Shown here: in pieces, positions 18,503 to 27,431 of the stretch
How positions within the stretch are numbered: position 1 is the stretch's first letter
Layout of the letters: every line of letters begins with the position of its first letter
Assembly: GCA_049322255.1 (NCBI GenBank)
Contig: JBMORE010000127.1
Span: 62,001 to 99,122, forward strand
DNA: 37,122 bases
Direction of reading: 5' to 3'
DNA from: Myxococcota bacterium
GTDB lineage: Bacteria > Myxococcota > Myxococcia > Myxococcales > Myxococcaceae
Notes under the pieces: generated by a model
What the model was told of the DNA's origin: nothing
Seen by the model: the letters and a program-made list of their open reading frames with translations, nothing else
Database searches by the model: none
Translations under genes and position numbers: made by a program

Positions 18503-18539
18503 GCGCTCAAGTACGTTGCCGAGGCGAGCGGCCCATGAG
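18503..18539 (+). repeat. Direct repeat, right copy (displaced 3' end of the SBP gene)
   Basis: gcgctcaagtacgttgccgaggcgagcggCccAtgag still reads [11 protein letters not shown]; followed by the SD and GTG of the next gene. Confidence 0.95.
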
Positions 18540-18551
18540 AGGAAGCGCGCC

Positions 18552-19361
18552 GTGGCCAGGTTTTTCGATTTCCTCAAGGCGACGCTCTTTTCTCCCGCGA
18601 ACCTGATCTCGCTCGCCGCAGGGGGCGCCGCGGCGGCCACCCTCCACGACCCGACTCCAGTGTACTTCGCGCTGGGGGCGCAAGGGTTGTACCTGGCGCT
18701 CCTGGGAACTTCGCCTGGTTTTCGCCGATGGGTTCTGAAGACCGCCGACGTCGGCGAAGCGCCGGCCACCGGGCGCAAAGAGTTGGAAACGCTCGCTTCG
18801 GAGCTGGCGGCCTCCCAGCGCGAGCACTACTTGGCGCTCAGCGAGCTACGGGATCGCATTCTCGACAACTACCGCAGGCTTCCCGGCGGGCCGGTGCTGG
18901 TCGCCGCCTCGGAGCAGAAGGTCGACGCGTTGCTCGGGGCCTTCTTGCGCTTGCTCTCCACCCTCAACACCTACCGTCGCTACCTCAGCGCCACCGATCG
19001 CAAGTCGCTGGAGCAGGAGATCGACCAGCTTCGGGCCGAGGCCGCCGCCGAGGAGAACTCGCGCGTTCAAGAAGTGAAGAGAAAGCGGGTGGAGATTCTC
19101 CAGAAGCGGGTGCAGCGCTTCGTTCAGGTGGAGGAGAGCCGCGAGCTGGTCAGCCATCAGCTCGCCGGCATCGAGGACCTGTTGCGCTTGACCCACGAGC
19201 AGTCAATCGCCATTCGCGACCCCGAGTCGGTCAGCCGCCAGCTCGATGCCTTGGCGGCCGAGGTGACATCGACGGAGGAAACCGTACGGGAGCTGGAGCA
19301 GTTCATGGAGCTCGGGGAGGAAACGGGCGCCACCATCCCTCAGGGCACCAGGGTGAGATAG
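18552..19361 (+). CDS. Hypothetical protein with N-terminal TM segments and a long C-terminal coiled coil
   Basis: GAGAGGA SD then GTG 18552; two hydrophobic segments followed by an E/L/R-rich helical region (QLAGIEDLLRLTHEQSI). Confidence 0.85.
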   Translation: MARFFDFLKATLFSPANLISLAAGGAAAATLHDPTPVYFALGAQGLYLALLGTSPGFRRWVLKTADVGEAPATGRKELETLASELAASQREHYLALSELRDRILDNYRRLPGGPVLVAASEQKVDALLGAFLRLLSTLNTYRRYLSATDRKSLEQEIDQLRAEAAAEENSRVQEVKRKRVEILQKRVQRFVQVEESRELVSHQLAGIEDLLRLTHEQSIAIRDPESVSRQLDALAAEVTSTEETVRELEQFMELGEETGATIPQGTRVR

Positions 19362-19362
19362 G

Positions 19363-21042
19363 GTGCCGCGTGTGAAAAATACTGGTTCCCTCACCCTTGC
19401 CCTCTCCCAGTGGGAGAGGGGAGCTCTTGTGCTCTGCCTGGCGGCGTTGGTTGCAGGATGTGGAAGCTGCGGCAAGAAGACGGTTGCCGCCCACGCCGGG
19501 GAGCTCAGCCGCTATCTGCCGAAGGACGCCGATGCCGTCCTGGTGGTGAACGACCTGGGCGCCCTGGGTGGAAAGATCGCGCTGCTTCAGCGGCTCAAGG
19601 TCGCCTCCTTCACCGCGCAGCTCCAGGGCTTTCGCGACGCCCAGGAGTACACCTCGGCGCTGATGTCGCAGATCGGCGTCGACTTGCGCTCCGCCGAGGC
19701 GATGGAAAAGGCAGGCATCGATCCTGGCCGTGGGCTCGGGGTAGCGCTTCTTTCCGGCGATCGTGCCTACTCGGTGCTGGCGGTGAAGGACGAGGGCAAG
19801 CTCGAGGATTTCCTCTTGCGCCTCTCCTCGATGCGCATGGGCGCCGGTGTCACCAACACGAAGACCGACCAGGGCGTCACCGTCACCTGGTTCAGTCGCA
19901 TCACCGGCGCGTCTCCTGCGTTGGGCTACGTGATGAAGAACGGGCACGCCTTCATCGCCGCGGGGGCTTCGGTGCCGTTGCTTCCCTCCCTCGTGGCGTT
20001 GCCGGAGGAAAAGTCGCTCGCTCAGGAGCCTGCCCTGAAGGCCGCGCTGGCCCGGCTGCCACAGGAGCGCGACCTCTATGTCCACGTTCCGGCCGCCTCG
20101 TCGCGCGCCAAAGGAGGCGGCGCCGCCGGGGCCACCGTCTCGGCCCACCTCGCTGCGAAGGCCCTCACCTTGGTCGCCGACCTGCCATGGACCGGCCCCC
20201 AAGAGGCGCTCGCCCTGGCCAAGAAGCAAGAGGGGCCCGAGCTGTTCGGCGCCCTTCCCCCCGACGCATTTCTTTTGGGGCGTTTCTCGGGAGACCCCGC
20301 GCTGCTCGCGCCGTACTGGGCAAGCTTGGTGGGGCCCCATCTCACCAAGGCGTTCACCGAGGCGGGCTTCGACTTCAAGGGAGAGGTGCTCGACAACTTG
20401 AAGCCGGGCGCCGCATTCGCCCTCTCGCTCTCACCCGGCATCAACCTCGGCGGCGGCGTGCCCGAGCTCGATGTCCGCCGCACCAACCCTTTCCGCTATG
20501 TTCACCTGTCCGCGGTCGCCGAGGCCAAGGACGGAGCGAAGGCCTCGCAGACGTTGGCGAAGATCCCTCCCCTCGCCCCCCGCTTCGGCGCTCGCATCGA
20601 AGCGGTCGAGCGCGCGGGGAAGAAGCTCTACTCCACCACTTATTCGCAAGGAGAGGGCGTTCACTTCGCCCAGGCGGGGAACCGGGTGCTCTTCGGCGCT
20701 CCCATGGCTCGCTTGGAGGAGCTGCTCGCCAGAGCGGGCGGAACGTCGGCTCCCACGGGTGGCCCGGTGGCCGATGCGGCGCTGCGCGGGGTGCTCGACG
20801 CTCACGCGGGAGCGATGGTGCTGGACCTGCGCCGGCTCGCGCAGTCGGTGCAGGAGCTGCCCTCGCAGGCGTGGGGCATCGGTGGTTTTGCCATCAAGGC
20901 CACCACCTTGCGCTGGCTTGCGGCAACCGATGACCTGCGTGCGGTGACGTTGGCGCTCGACGCCAAGGAAAACGCGCTCCAAGCCGAGATTCGCCTCGCG
21001 CTCACCGAACCCCCAGAGGGAAGGGGTGAGGGGCGCGAATGA
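19363..21042 (+). CDS. Large lipoprotein of unknown function (start GTG 19363 or GTG 19429)
   Basis: Lipobox LVAG-C (Cys at 19459) followed by GSCGKK; LSRYLPKDADAVLVV and GIDPGRGLGVAL; stop overlaps the next ATG (ATGA). Confidence 0.85.
   Translation: MPRVKNTGSLTLALSQWERGALVLCLAALVAGCGSCGKKTVAAHAGELSRYLPKDADAVLVVNDLGALGGKIALLQRLKVASFTAQLQGFRDAQEYTSALMSQIGVDLRSAEAMEKAGIDPGRGLGVALLSGDRAYSVLAVKDEGKLEDFLLRLSSMRMGAGVTNTKTDQGVTVTWFSRITGASPALGYVMKNGHAFIAAGASVPLLPSLVALPEEKSLAQEPALKAALARLPQERDLYVHVPAASSRAKGGGAAGATVSAHLAAKALTLVADLPWTGPQEALALAKKQEGPELFGALPPDAFLLGRFSGDPALLAPYWASLVGPHLTKAFTEAGFDFKGEVLDNLKPGAAFALSLSPGINLGGGVPELDVRRTNPFRYVHLSAVAEAKDGAKASQTLAKIPPLAPRFGARIEAVERAGKKLYSTTYSQGEGVHFAQAGNRVLFGAPMARLEELLARAGGTSAPTGGPVADAALRGVLDAHAGAMVLDLRRLAQSVQELPSQAWGIGGFAIKATTLRWLAATDDLRAVTLALDAKENALQAEIRLALTEPPEGRGEGRE
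19388..19422. repeat. BoxC-like palindromic repeat, copy 2, within or at the lipoprotein 5' end
   Basis: CCCTCACCCTTG-CCCTCTCCC-AGT-GGGAGAGGG; reads in frame as SLTLALSQWERG. Confidence 0.75.
21015..21036. repeat. BoxC-like repeat remnant, copy 3, within the lipoprotein 3' end
   Basis: AGAGGGAAGGGGTGAGGGGCGC is 20/22 identical to 16827-16848; it encodes the C-terminal EGRGEGR. Confidence 0.6.
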
Positions 21043-21716
21043 TTCACGCCCGCGCCCTCCAGAAGACCTACCGAGACGGCGAAGGCGGAGTGCTTTCGGT
21101 GCTCGACGGGCTGACCCTCGAGGTGCGCGCGGGAGAGTTCGTCGCTGTCGTGGGCCCCTCGGGCAGTGGCAAGTCGACGCTCCTGCACGTGCTCGGAGGT
21201 CTCGACGCGCAATATGAAGGCGAAGTCGAGGTCGGCGGAACCCGGCTGCGCGGGTTGTCGGAACGCTCCCTGGCGGCGTTTCGCAACCAGAAGGTCGGCT
21301 TCGTCTTTCAGTCCTTTCACCTGGTGCCCAACCTGCCGGCGGTGGAGAACGTGCTCTTGCCCGCGTATTTCGGGGAGCGCCCGGTCGGTGCCGCCGAGCG
21401 TGAGCGTGCCCAAGCGGTGCTCGCCCGGGTGGGGATGGGGGCGAAGGCCGACCGGGTGCCCTCGCGGCTCTCGGGAGGAGAGCGGCAGCGTGTCGCCATC
21501 GCCCGCGCGCTCTTTCACCGTCCGCAAGTGCTCTTCTGTGACGAGCCCACCGGCAACCTCGACGCGGTGACCGGGAGCGAGGTGATTGGCCTGTTTCGCG
21601 AGCTTCAGCGCGAGGGGCTCACGATTCTCGCGGTGACGCACGAGGAGCGAATGAGCACGGCGGCGGGCCGGGTCCTGCGCCTCGAGAAAGGGCGGCTGGA
21701 AGGGCCGGCGTCATGA
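21039..21716 (+). CDS. ABC transporter ATP-binding protein, LolD/MacB/FtsE-like
   Basis: GPSGSGKS, FRNQKVGFVFQSFHL, LSGGERQRVAIARAL, CDEPTGNLD and VTHE motifs. Confidence 0.94.
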   Translation: MIHARALQKTYRDGEGGVLSVLDGLTLEVRAGEFVAVVGPSGSGKSTLLHVLGGLDAQYEGEVEVGGTRLRGLSERSLAAFRNQKVGFVFQSFHLVPNLPAVENVLLPAYFGERPVGAAERERAQAVLARVGMGAKADRVPSRLSGGERQRVAIARALFHRPQVLFCDEPTGNLDAVTGSEVIGLFRELQREGLTILAVTHEERMSTAAGRVLRLEKGRLEGPAS

Positions 21717-22993
21717 CTCTGAGCTCGCTCGCCGCGCTGGTGCGCCTGTCTTTGCGCCGGGACGCCAAGGGGGCGGTCTTTTCGGGGTTCGGGGTGGTGA
21801 TCGGCGTCGGCTCGTTGGTGTTCTTCGTCAGCCTCGGCCTGGGGGTGGCCAGGGTGGTGCGAGAGAGGGTGTTCCCTGTGGACGCGCGGCTCATCGACGT
21901 CGTCCCCCCCACGGTTTCTTTGGGCGCGCTTTGGGGCGACGGGAAGATCGATCACCAAGTGGTCGAACGTCTCGCGGCGCTGCCCGGGGTGGAGCGGGTT
22001 TACCGGAAGATGAATGTGCGGGTGCCGGCGGTGAGCCGCTACGATGGTGCCTTCTTCGGCTCGCGCATTCGTATGGGGCTGGAGATTCTCGCCGTGGGAG
22101 TCGACCCAGGCTTGGTGGCTCGCGACGTGCAGTTGGGGGACTTCGTCGATCCGGGGCCGGGCAAGCCCATTCCCACCGTGGTGGCCGCGCGGCTGCTCGA
22201 GATTTACAACAAGAGCTTCGCCCCGGCGCGCAAGCTGCCGCAGCTGTCGGCGGCGATGGTGGTGGGCTTCGAGTTTCCGGTGGAGCTCAACCGCTCCTTC
22301 GTCGCCGCCGTCGCCCCCGGGCCTGCCACCTCGTCGCAGCTGCAAATCGTCGGCGTCTCCGACCGCGGGCTCTTGGCGGGGGTGACCATTCCGCTGGAGG
22401 TGGCGGTTCGCCTCAACCGGGCGGCGGGAGTGGACGCCGAAACCTTCACCGGGGCCACCTTGCACGCCAAGACCCCCGGCGACGTTCCCCTCCTGGTGGA
22501 GAAGGTGAAGGAGATGGGGTTGCAGATTGACGACCAGGAGCGGCGGCTGGCGGAGAACGCCGGTGCAGCGGTGGCGGTGACCACCTCGGCCCTGGCGCTG
22601 CTCTCGGCGCTCATCTGTCTGCTCGCCAGCGTGAACATCGCGCACGCCCTCTCCGCTTCGGTGCGCGCGCGCGCCAAGGAGATCGGCGTGATGCAGGCGG
22701 TGGGTGCTTCCCGAGGAGACGTGCGTGCGCTCATTCTCGCCGAAGCGTTCGCCTTGGGGCTCTTCGGTGGAGTGGTGGGAACCGCCGCGGCGCTCTTGGT
22801 CGCTCGAGGGGTCGACGCCCTCTCCGCCGCCTATCTGCCCCCGTTTCCCTTCAAGCCCGAGTCGTTCTTTTCCTTTCCCTGGTACTTGCTGGTGGGAGGA
22901 GTGGCCCTGGGGGTGGTGGCCTCGCTCGCGGGCGCGTTCTTTCCCAGCCGAGCGGCGGCGGCCACCGACCCGGCGAGGACCCTGGCGGGATGA
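21713..22993 (+). CDS. ABC permease, MacB/FtsX/LolCE family
   Basis: TM1 (GVVIGVGSLVFFVSLGLG), a large periplasmic domain, RAKEIGVMQAVGAS and PSRAAAATDP; ATGA overlap with the ATPase gene. Confidence 0.92.
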   Translation: MTLSSLAALVRLSLRRDAKGAVFSGFGVVIGVGSLVFFVSLGLGVARVVRERVFPVDARLIDVVPPTVSLGALWGDGKIDHQVVERLAALPGVERVYRKMNVRVPAVSRYDGAFFGSRIRMGLEILAVGVDPGLVARDVQLGDFVDPGPGKPIPTVVAARLLEIYNKSFAPARKLPQLSAAMVVGFEFPVELNRSFVAAVAPGPATSSQLQIVGVSDRGLLAGVTIPLEVAVRLNRAAGVDAETFTGATLHAKTPGDVPLLVEKVKEMGLQIDDQERRLAENAGAAVAVTTSALALLSALICLLASVNIAHALSASVRARAKEIGVMQAVGASRGDVRALILAEAFALGLFGGVVGTAAALLVARGVDALSAAYLPPFPFKPESFFSFPWYLLVGGVALGVVASLAGAFFPSRAAAATDPARTLAG

Positions 22994-23718
22994 AGTGGCC
23001 CGGGCGCGGTTTGCCGGTGGCGAGCGGCTCGTTTCTCGCCGTGCTGAGCTGGCTCTACTTGGGTGACGTGGCCGACTGGTGGCGTGGTCGGAGCGCCGAA
23101 GTGGCGGCGATGCCCGAGCTGCCCCGGTTGGGCTTCGCGCTGGGGGTGTTGCTCGCCGCCGTCGGCGCCGGAGGAGTCTTCGCGGCCGGCGTCCTTCAAG
23201 CCCGACCTGCGTCGTGGCGTGGCTTTCGCCTGCTGCCGATCGTCGGCGTGGTGGCGCTCTTCGTCGACCTGTTCGTTCTCTCCTCCTCCCGGGCGCTCGT
23301 CTCGTCGCCCGACGAGCTCTCCATGGCGATGCGAGCGTTCGGGCAACACGCCGGTGAGCTCAGCCGCGGCGGGTGGGTGCCGCACACCGTCGAAGAGCTG
23401 TCGAGTGCGGTGGCGGAGCTGGGCGCTCCCCCGTATTTGGTGCGCGGCGAGCAGGTGAGGGCCTACGCCCTGCAAGTTCGCACCGAGTGTGAGGGACCGG
23501 TGACCCAAGCGGAGGGGGTGGGAGCGGGTACCTTCATCTACTGCGTTGCCAAGGATCGCAGGTCGGCCTGGTTGACTGCGGTGGCGCTACCCGCAGAGGA
23601 GCGTTTCGGGCCTCCCGCGGTGTTCTCCGTGCGGGGTCGGCCGGTGATGGTGGAGGTTGCCGAGCCTTCTGCACTCATCGAGTCGGTTCCCTCGGAAGCC
23701 GATGCAGGTGGACATTGA
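22990..23718 (+). CDS. Hypothetical membrane protein (three TM segments plus a C-terminal soluble domain)
   Basis: ATGA overlap with the permease gene; three hydrophobic segments; C-terminal domain with two Cys. Confidence 0.7.
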   Translation: MKWPGRGLPVASGSFLAVLSWLYLGDVADWWRGRSAEVAAMPELPRLGFALGVLLAAVGAGGVFAAGVLQARPASWRGFRLLPIVGVVALFVDLFVLSSSRALVSSPDELSMAMRAFGQHAGELSRGGWVPHTVEELSSAVAELGAPPYLVRGEQVRAYALQVRTECEGPVTQAEGVGAGTFIYCVAKDRRSAWLTAVALPAEERFGPPAVFSVRGRPVMVEVAEPSALIESVPSEADAGGH

Positions 23719-23780
23719 CCGTTCAACTGGCGGGTCGCTACGCTTTCGCGCCACACCTCGCTGCCTAGGCGGCTTTCCCC

Positions 23781-25646
23781 TTGACCGCGCCTTCTCCCAA
23801 GAAACAGCCGATTCCGTTCGGCAAGTACCTGTTGCTCGATCGGGTCAACATCGGCGGCATGGCCGAGGTGTGGAGAGGCAAGACCTTCGGCGCCGGGGGG
23901 TTCGAGCGCCTGGTCGCGATCAAGCGCATCTTGCCGAGCATCGCCGAGGATGAAGAGTTCATCCACATGTTCATCGACGAGGCGAAGATCACCGTCCAGC
24001 TGACGCACGCAAACATCGCGCAGATCTACGAGCTGGGGAACCACGCCAGCTCGTATTTCATCTCGATGGAGTACATCTCCGGCAAGGACATGCGGGCGAT
24101 TTTCGACCGCTGCCGCAAGCGGGGCGAGCCGGCCCCGGTGCCGCTCGTCTGCTACGTCATCTCCAAGGTCTGTGAAGGCTTGGACTACGCCCACCGCAAG
24201 AAGGACGGCATGGGGCGGGACATGAACATCGTTCATCGCGACGTCTCGCCGCAGAACGTGCTCATCAGCTACGAGGGGGAGATCAAGGTCATCGACTTCG
24301 GTATCGCCAAGGCGGCGGGCAAGATGACCAAGACGCAGGCCGGCATCCTCAAGGGAAAGTTCGGCTACATGAGCCCGGAGCAGATTCGCGGGCTGCCCAT
24401 CGATCGGCGCTCCGACGTCTTCGCGGTGGGGGTCTGCCTCTACGAGATGCTCACCGGCGAGCGACTCTTCGTGGGCGACTCCGACTTCTCGGTGCTGGAA
24501 AAGGTGCGCAAGGCCGAAGTCTTGCCGCCGTCGACTTACAACCGGCGCATTCCCGAGGCGCTGGAGAAGATCGTGCTCAAGGCCCTCGCCCGAGAGGTGG
24601 AGGAGCGCTACCAATACGCCAACGAGCTGGCCGACGACCTGCAACGCTTCCTCATCACCTCGGACACCATCTTCAGTCGCAAAGACCTGATGCAGTACAT
24701 GAAGTCCACCTTCGCGGAGGACGTGGAGCGCGAGAAGCAGCGGCTCCAAGAATACGTCGAGATCAAGGCGCCCGAGGGCATGCGGATGGCGGCGGACATG
24801 GGGTTCGGCCTGGGCCAGACGCTGCCCCCTCTGGCACCGGCTGCTCCTTCGAGCGCGGTCACCGCTCCGCCGGCGGTGGCGCCGCCCGTGCTCTTGCCCG
24901 CAGCTGTCGCGGGAGGGGTCAGCGCCCCGCCGGTGCTCACCCCAGCGGGAGTGAGCGGAGTGGTGCGCACGCCTTCGGTCACCGGTCTGCCCAAGCTGAC
25001 CGCGGCCGCGCCGCTGCTCACCAACCGCGCCGAGGAGGAGCAGCAGGCGACGATGATCGTGGGCGGTGAAGCCGGCGATGAGCCGACCACCGACAGCACC
25101 GCCGTTTTCCCCAAAGTCGCGCCCATTCCCCTCACCGAGGCGGCGCGTGTGGTTTCCACACCGTCGTCCCCGACGCTGCCTTTGATCGCGGCGGGCGACC
25201 GCGCTCCGCCAAACGAGCCGCCCTCTCCGCGCCCGGGCTCGGTGGTGGCCCACCCGCGACAAGCTCCGTCTGCTCTTGTGCCCAGGCGCAACGGTACACT
25301 CTACGCGGTCATCGGCAGCTTCGCGGTGCTGGTGGTGGTCGCTTCGTTGGCCGTCGTCGCCGCCTTACGGCCCCCGCCGACCGGGCTGTTGCTCATCGAG
25401 GTGTCCTCGGAGCTGCGCGGCAAGGCACGGGTGAACATCAACGGCGAGGAGATTCGCGATTCCGATGGCAAGCCGACCCGGGAGTGGCCGGTGCTCCGCT
25501 CGGTACCGGCGGGGAAGGCGGTGGTGCTCATCGCCGCCGAGGGTTACGAAACCTTCACCGAGACGGTGGAGGTCAAAGAAGGGCAGGGCTTCTCGCCGCT
25601 CAAGGTAAAGCTCAAGCGCACCAACCAGACGGTGCAGGGCCCTTAA
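23781..25646 (+). CDS. Hanks-type Ser/Thr protein kinase with Pro-rich linker, TM and PEGA-like extracytoplasmic domain
   Basis: FGKYLLLDRVNIGGMAEV, VAIK, HRDVSPQN, DFG, YMSPEQ and SDVFAVG motifs; TM YAVIGSFAVLVVVASLAVVAAL; AEGYETFTETVEV. Confidence 0.95.
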   Translation: MTAPSPKKQPIPFGKYLLLDRVNIGGMAEVWRGKTFGAGGFERLVAIKRILPSIAEDEEFIHMFIDEAKITVQLTHANIAQIYELGNHASSYFISMEYISGKDMRAIFDRCRKRGEPAPVPLVCYVISKVCEGLDYAHRKKDGMGRDMNIVHRDVSPQNVLISYEGEIKVIDFGIAKAAGKMTKTQAGILKGKFGYMSPEQIRGLPIDRRSDVFAVGVCLYEMLTGERLFVGDSDFSVLEKVRKAEVLPPSTYNRRIPEALEKIVLKALAREVEERYQYANELADDLQRFLITSDTIFSRKDLMQYMKSTFAEDVEREKQRLQEYVEIKAPEGMRMAADMGFGLGQTLPPLAPAAPSSAVTAPPAVAPPVLLPAAVAGGVSAPPVLTPAGVSGVVRTPSVTGLPKLTAAAPLLTNRAEEEQQATMIVGGEAGDEPTTDSTAVFPKVAPIPLTEAARVVSTPSSPTLPLIAAGDRAPPNEPPSPRPGSVVAHPRQAPSALVPRRNGTLYAVIGSFAVLVVVASLAVVAALRPPPTGLLLIEVSSELRGKARVNINGEEIRDSDGKPTREWPVLRSVPAGKAVVLIAAEGYETFTETVEVKEGQGFSPLKVKLKRTNQTVQGP

Positions 25647-25667
25647 AACCGTGGCCAGGGTGTGAGG

Positions 25668-27428
25668 ATGGCAAGACCGAAGAGCGCGAAGACTGATCCA
25701 CTGGGAGATTTTCCCGCCTGGGCACAGAAGCTCGCCCAGCGCTACTACACGCGAACGGTGAGCACCTTTCTCCTCTACGGGGCGGTGCGCGATCTGCAGC
25801 CCATCACCCAGGAGGACGGCTCACGGGGTTTTGGCACGCTCAAGTCTTTCCTCGCTGATGAGCTCTTCGGTGGGCGAGATCATCTGGTGTTCTACGATCG
25901 CTCGAGCGGCATACGCGCCGGCGCGCCAGAGACCCAGGCCGATCTCTCCCGGGCGATGGCCGGGTACGACGCTCTCTACGGCACCGACTACGCCAAGGTG
26001 ATGCCGCGCGACCCCGGCCGGGCCTTGCAGATTCTGGAGAACTACCTGCGGCTGAGGCTGTCCGACGGAAAGTCGATGGCGCTGGTGATCGACTTTGCCG
26101 AAACCATCGTCCCCGGCGGCGAGCTGGCCCACCTCTCGGCGGAAGACCGCTTCGCCCTGACCACCTTGACCAAGTGGGCGCACGACCCGCAGTTCCTCTC
26201 GGGGGACTTGTCGATCGTCCTCATCGTCGAGAACCTGGCCGAGGTCTCCCCCCGGCTCTCCCGCAACCCCTACGTGGCCAACATCGAAATCTCCCTGCCG
26301 TCGGAGACAGACCGACTGGAGTACGTGAAGCACAAGCTCGAGGGAAAGAAGCTGGCGTCGATCTCCGAGGTGCCGCTGGCCGGGTTGGCGAAGATGACCG
26401 CCGGGCTGTCGCGCATCAACCTCGACCGGGTGCTCACCGAGGCGAGCGAGCGGGACGTGAAAATCTCCCCCGCCCTCCTCAAGGAGAAGAAGAAGGAAAT
26501 CATCCAGGCCGAGTGCCACGGGTTGCTCGAGCTCATCGAGCCGGCGCACACCCTCGACGCGGTGGCCGGCCACGCCAAGGCCAAGCAGATGCTGCGCCAC
26601 GCCGCCGAGGCGCTGAAGAAGGGCCGCATCGAGGTGATGCCCATGGGCTACCTGGTGTCGGGGCCGGTGGGCACGGGCAAGACCTTCATGGTCACCTGCT
26701 TTGCCGGAGACATCGGCATTCCGTGCGTGAAGTTCTTGAACTTCCGCAGCCAGTGGCAGGGTGTGACCGAGGCAAACCTGGAAAAGATTTTCAACCTGCT
26801 CAAGGCGCTCTGGCCGGTGGCGGTGATGATTGACGAAGCGGACGCCTTCTTGGGCAACCGCGACGCCTCGGGCGACTCGGGCACCTCCAGCCGGGTGTTC
26901 GCCTCCATAGCCTCGTTCATGGGCAATACCGAGTACCGGGGAAAAATCGTTTGGTTCCTTCTCACCTGTCGTCCCGACCTGTTGCCCATCGACTTGAAGC
27001 GCCAGGGCCGCGCCGAGGAGCACCTCGGGCTTTTCTACCCACAGAGCGACGCCGAGCGAGACGAGCTCTTCCGCGCGATGTGCAAGAAGACCAAGGTGGA
27101 GGTCGAGGTGCCCTCCTTCGCCGCGCTGATGGAAAAGAGCGCCGCGCGGCCGGCCCACTTCTCGGGCGCGGACATCGAGGCGATGCTGGTGCGTGCGAAG
27201 TTTCGAGCGCTCTCGGCGGGTCGAGAGAAGGTGAGCGCTGACGACCTGTCGGCGGTGCTGGCCGACTTCGTGCCACCCTCCTACCCGCTGGAGATCGAGC
27301 TGCAGAACCTGGTGGCGGTGCAGGAGTGCACCAGCCGCGACCTGCTCCCCGAAGCCTTTCGCCACATGGAGCGGGACGAAATCACCCGCCGGGTGCGGGA
27401 GCTCAAGCTCCTCCTCGAGGAGCGATGA
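25668..27428 (+). CDS. Classical-clade AAA ATPase with a degenerate N-terminal ATPase-like domain (Ycf46/SpoVK/Vps4 group)
   Basis: GAGG then ATG 25668; Walker A GPVGTGKT, pore loop SQWQGVTEANL, Walker B VMIDEAD, SRH RPDLLPIDLKRQGR and FSGADIE. The N-half has LVIDFAETIVP but no intact Walker A. Confidence 0.9.
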   Translation: MARPKSAKTDPLGDFPAWAQKLAQRYYTRTVSTFLLYGAVRDLQPITQEDGSRGFGTLKSFLADELFGGRDHLVFYDRSSGIRAGAPETQADLSRAMAGYDALYGTDYAKVMPRDPGRALQILENYLRLRLSDGKSMALVIDFAETIVPGGELAHLSAEDRFALTTLTKWAHDPQFLSGDLSIVLIVENLAEVSPRLSRNPYVANIEISLPSETDRLEYVKHKLEGKKLASISEVPLAGLAKMTAGLSRINLDRVLTEASERDVKISPALLKEKKKEIIQAECHGLLELIEPAHTLDAVAGHAKAKQMLRHAAEALKKGRIEVMPMGYLVSGPVGTGKTFMVTCFAGDIGIPCVKFLNFRSQWQGVTEANLEKIFNLLKALWPVAVMIDEADAFLGNRDASGDSGTSSRVFASIASFMGNTEYRGKIVWFLLTCRPDLLPIDLKRQGRAEEHLGLFYPQSDAERDELFRAMCKKTKVEVEVPSFAALMEKSAARPAHFSGADIEAMLVRAKFRALSAGREKVSADDLSAVLADFVPPSYPLEIELQNLVAVQECTSRDLLPEAFRHMERDEITRRVRELKLLLEER

Positions 27429-27431
27429 GGT

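Larger units (their letters stand above)
17991..18539. mobile_element. 512-bp integrase-free mini-cassette bounded by a duplicated gene 3' end
   Basis: Direct repeats 512 bp apart; interior about 58% GC by hand count (18061-18480) versus roughly 70% in the flanking CDS; contains only two small ORFs. Confidence 0.75.

Noticed and set aside
17991..18539. Two ~36-bp direct repeats as a CRISPR array or IS target-site duplication
   Set aside because: There are only two copies, 512 bp apart, and they are a coding gene tail. There are no cas genes, transposase or terminal inverted repeats.
23538..27365. Long antisense and alternate-frame ORFs (e.g. 23538-25262, 25821-27365, 11323-13107, 6577-8271, 34701-36011)
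   Set aside because: These are shadow ORFs typical of high-GC coding DNA, lying opposite well-supported genes, with no recognisable motifs.
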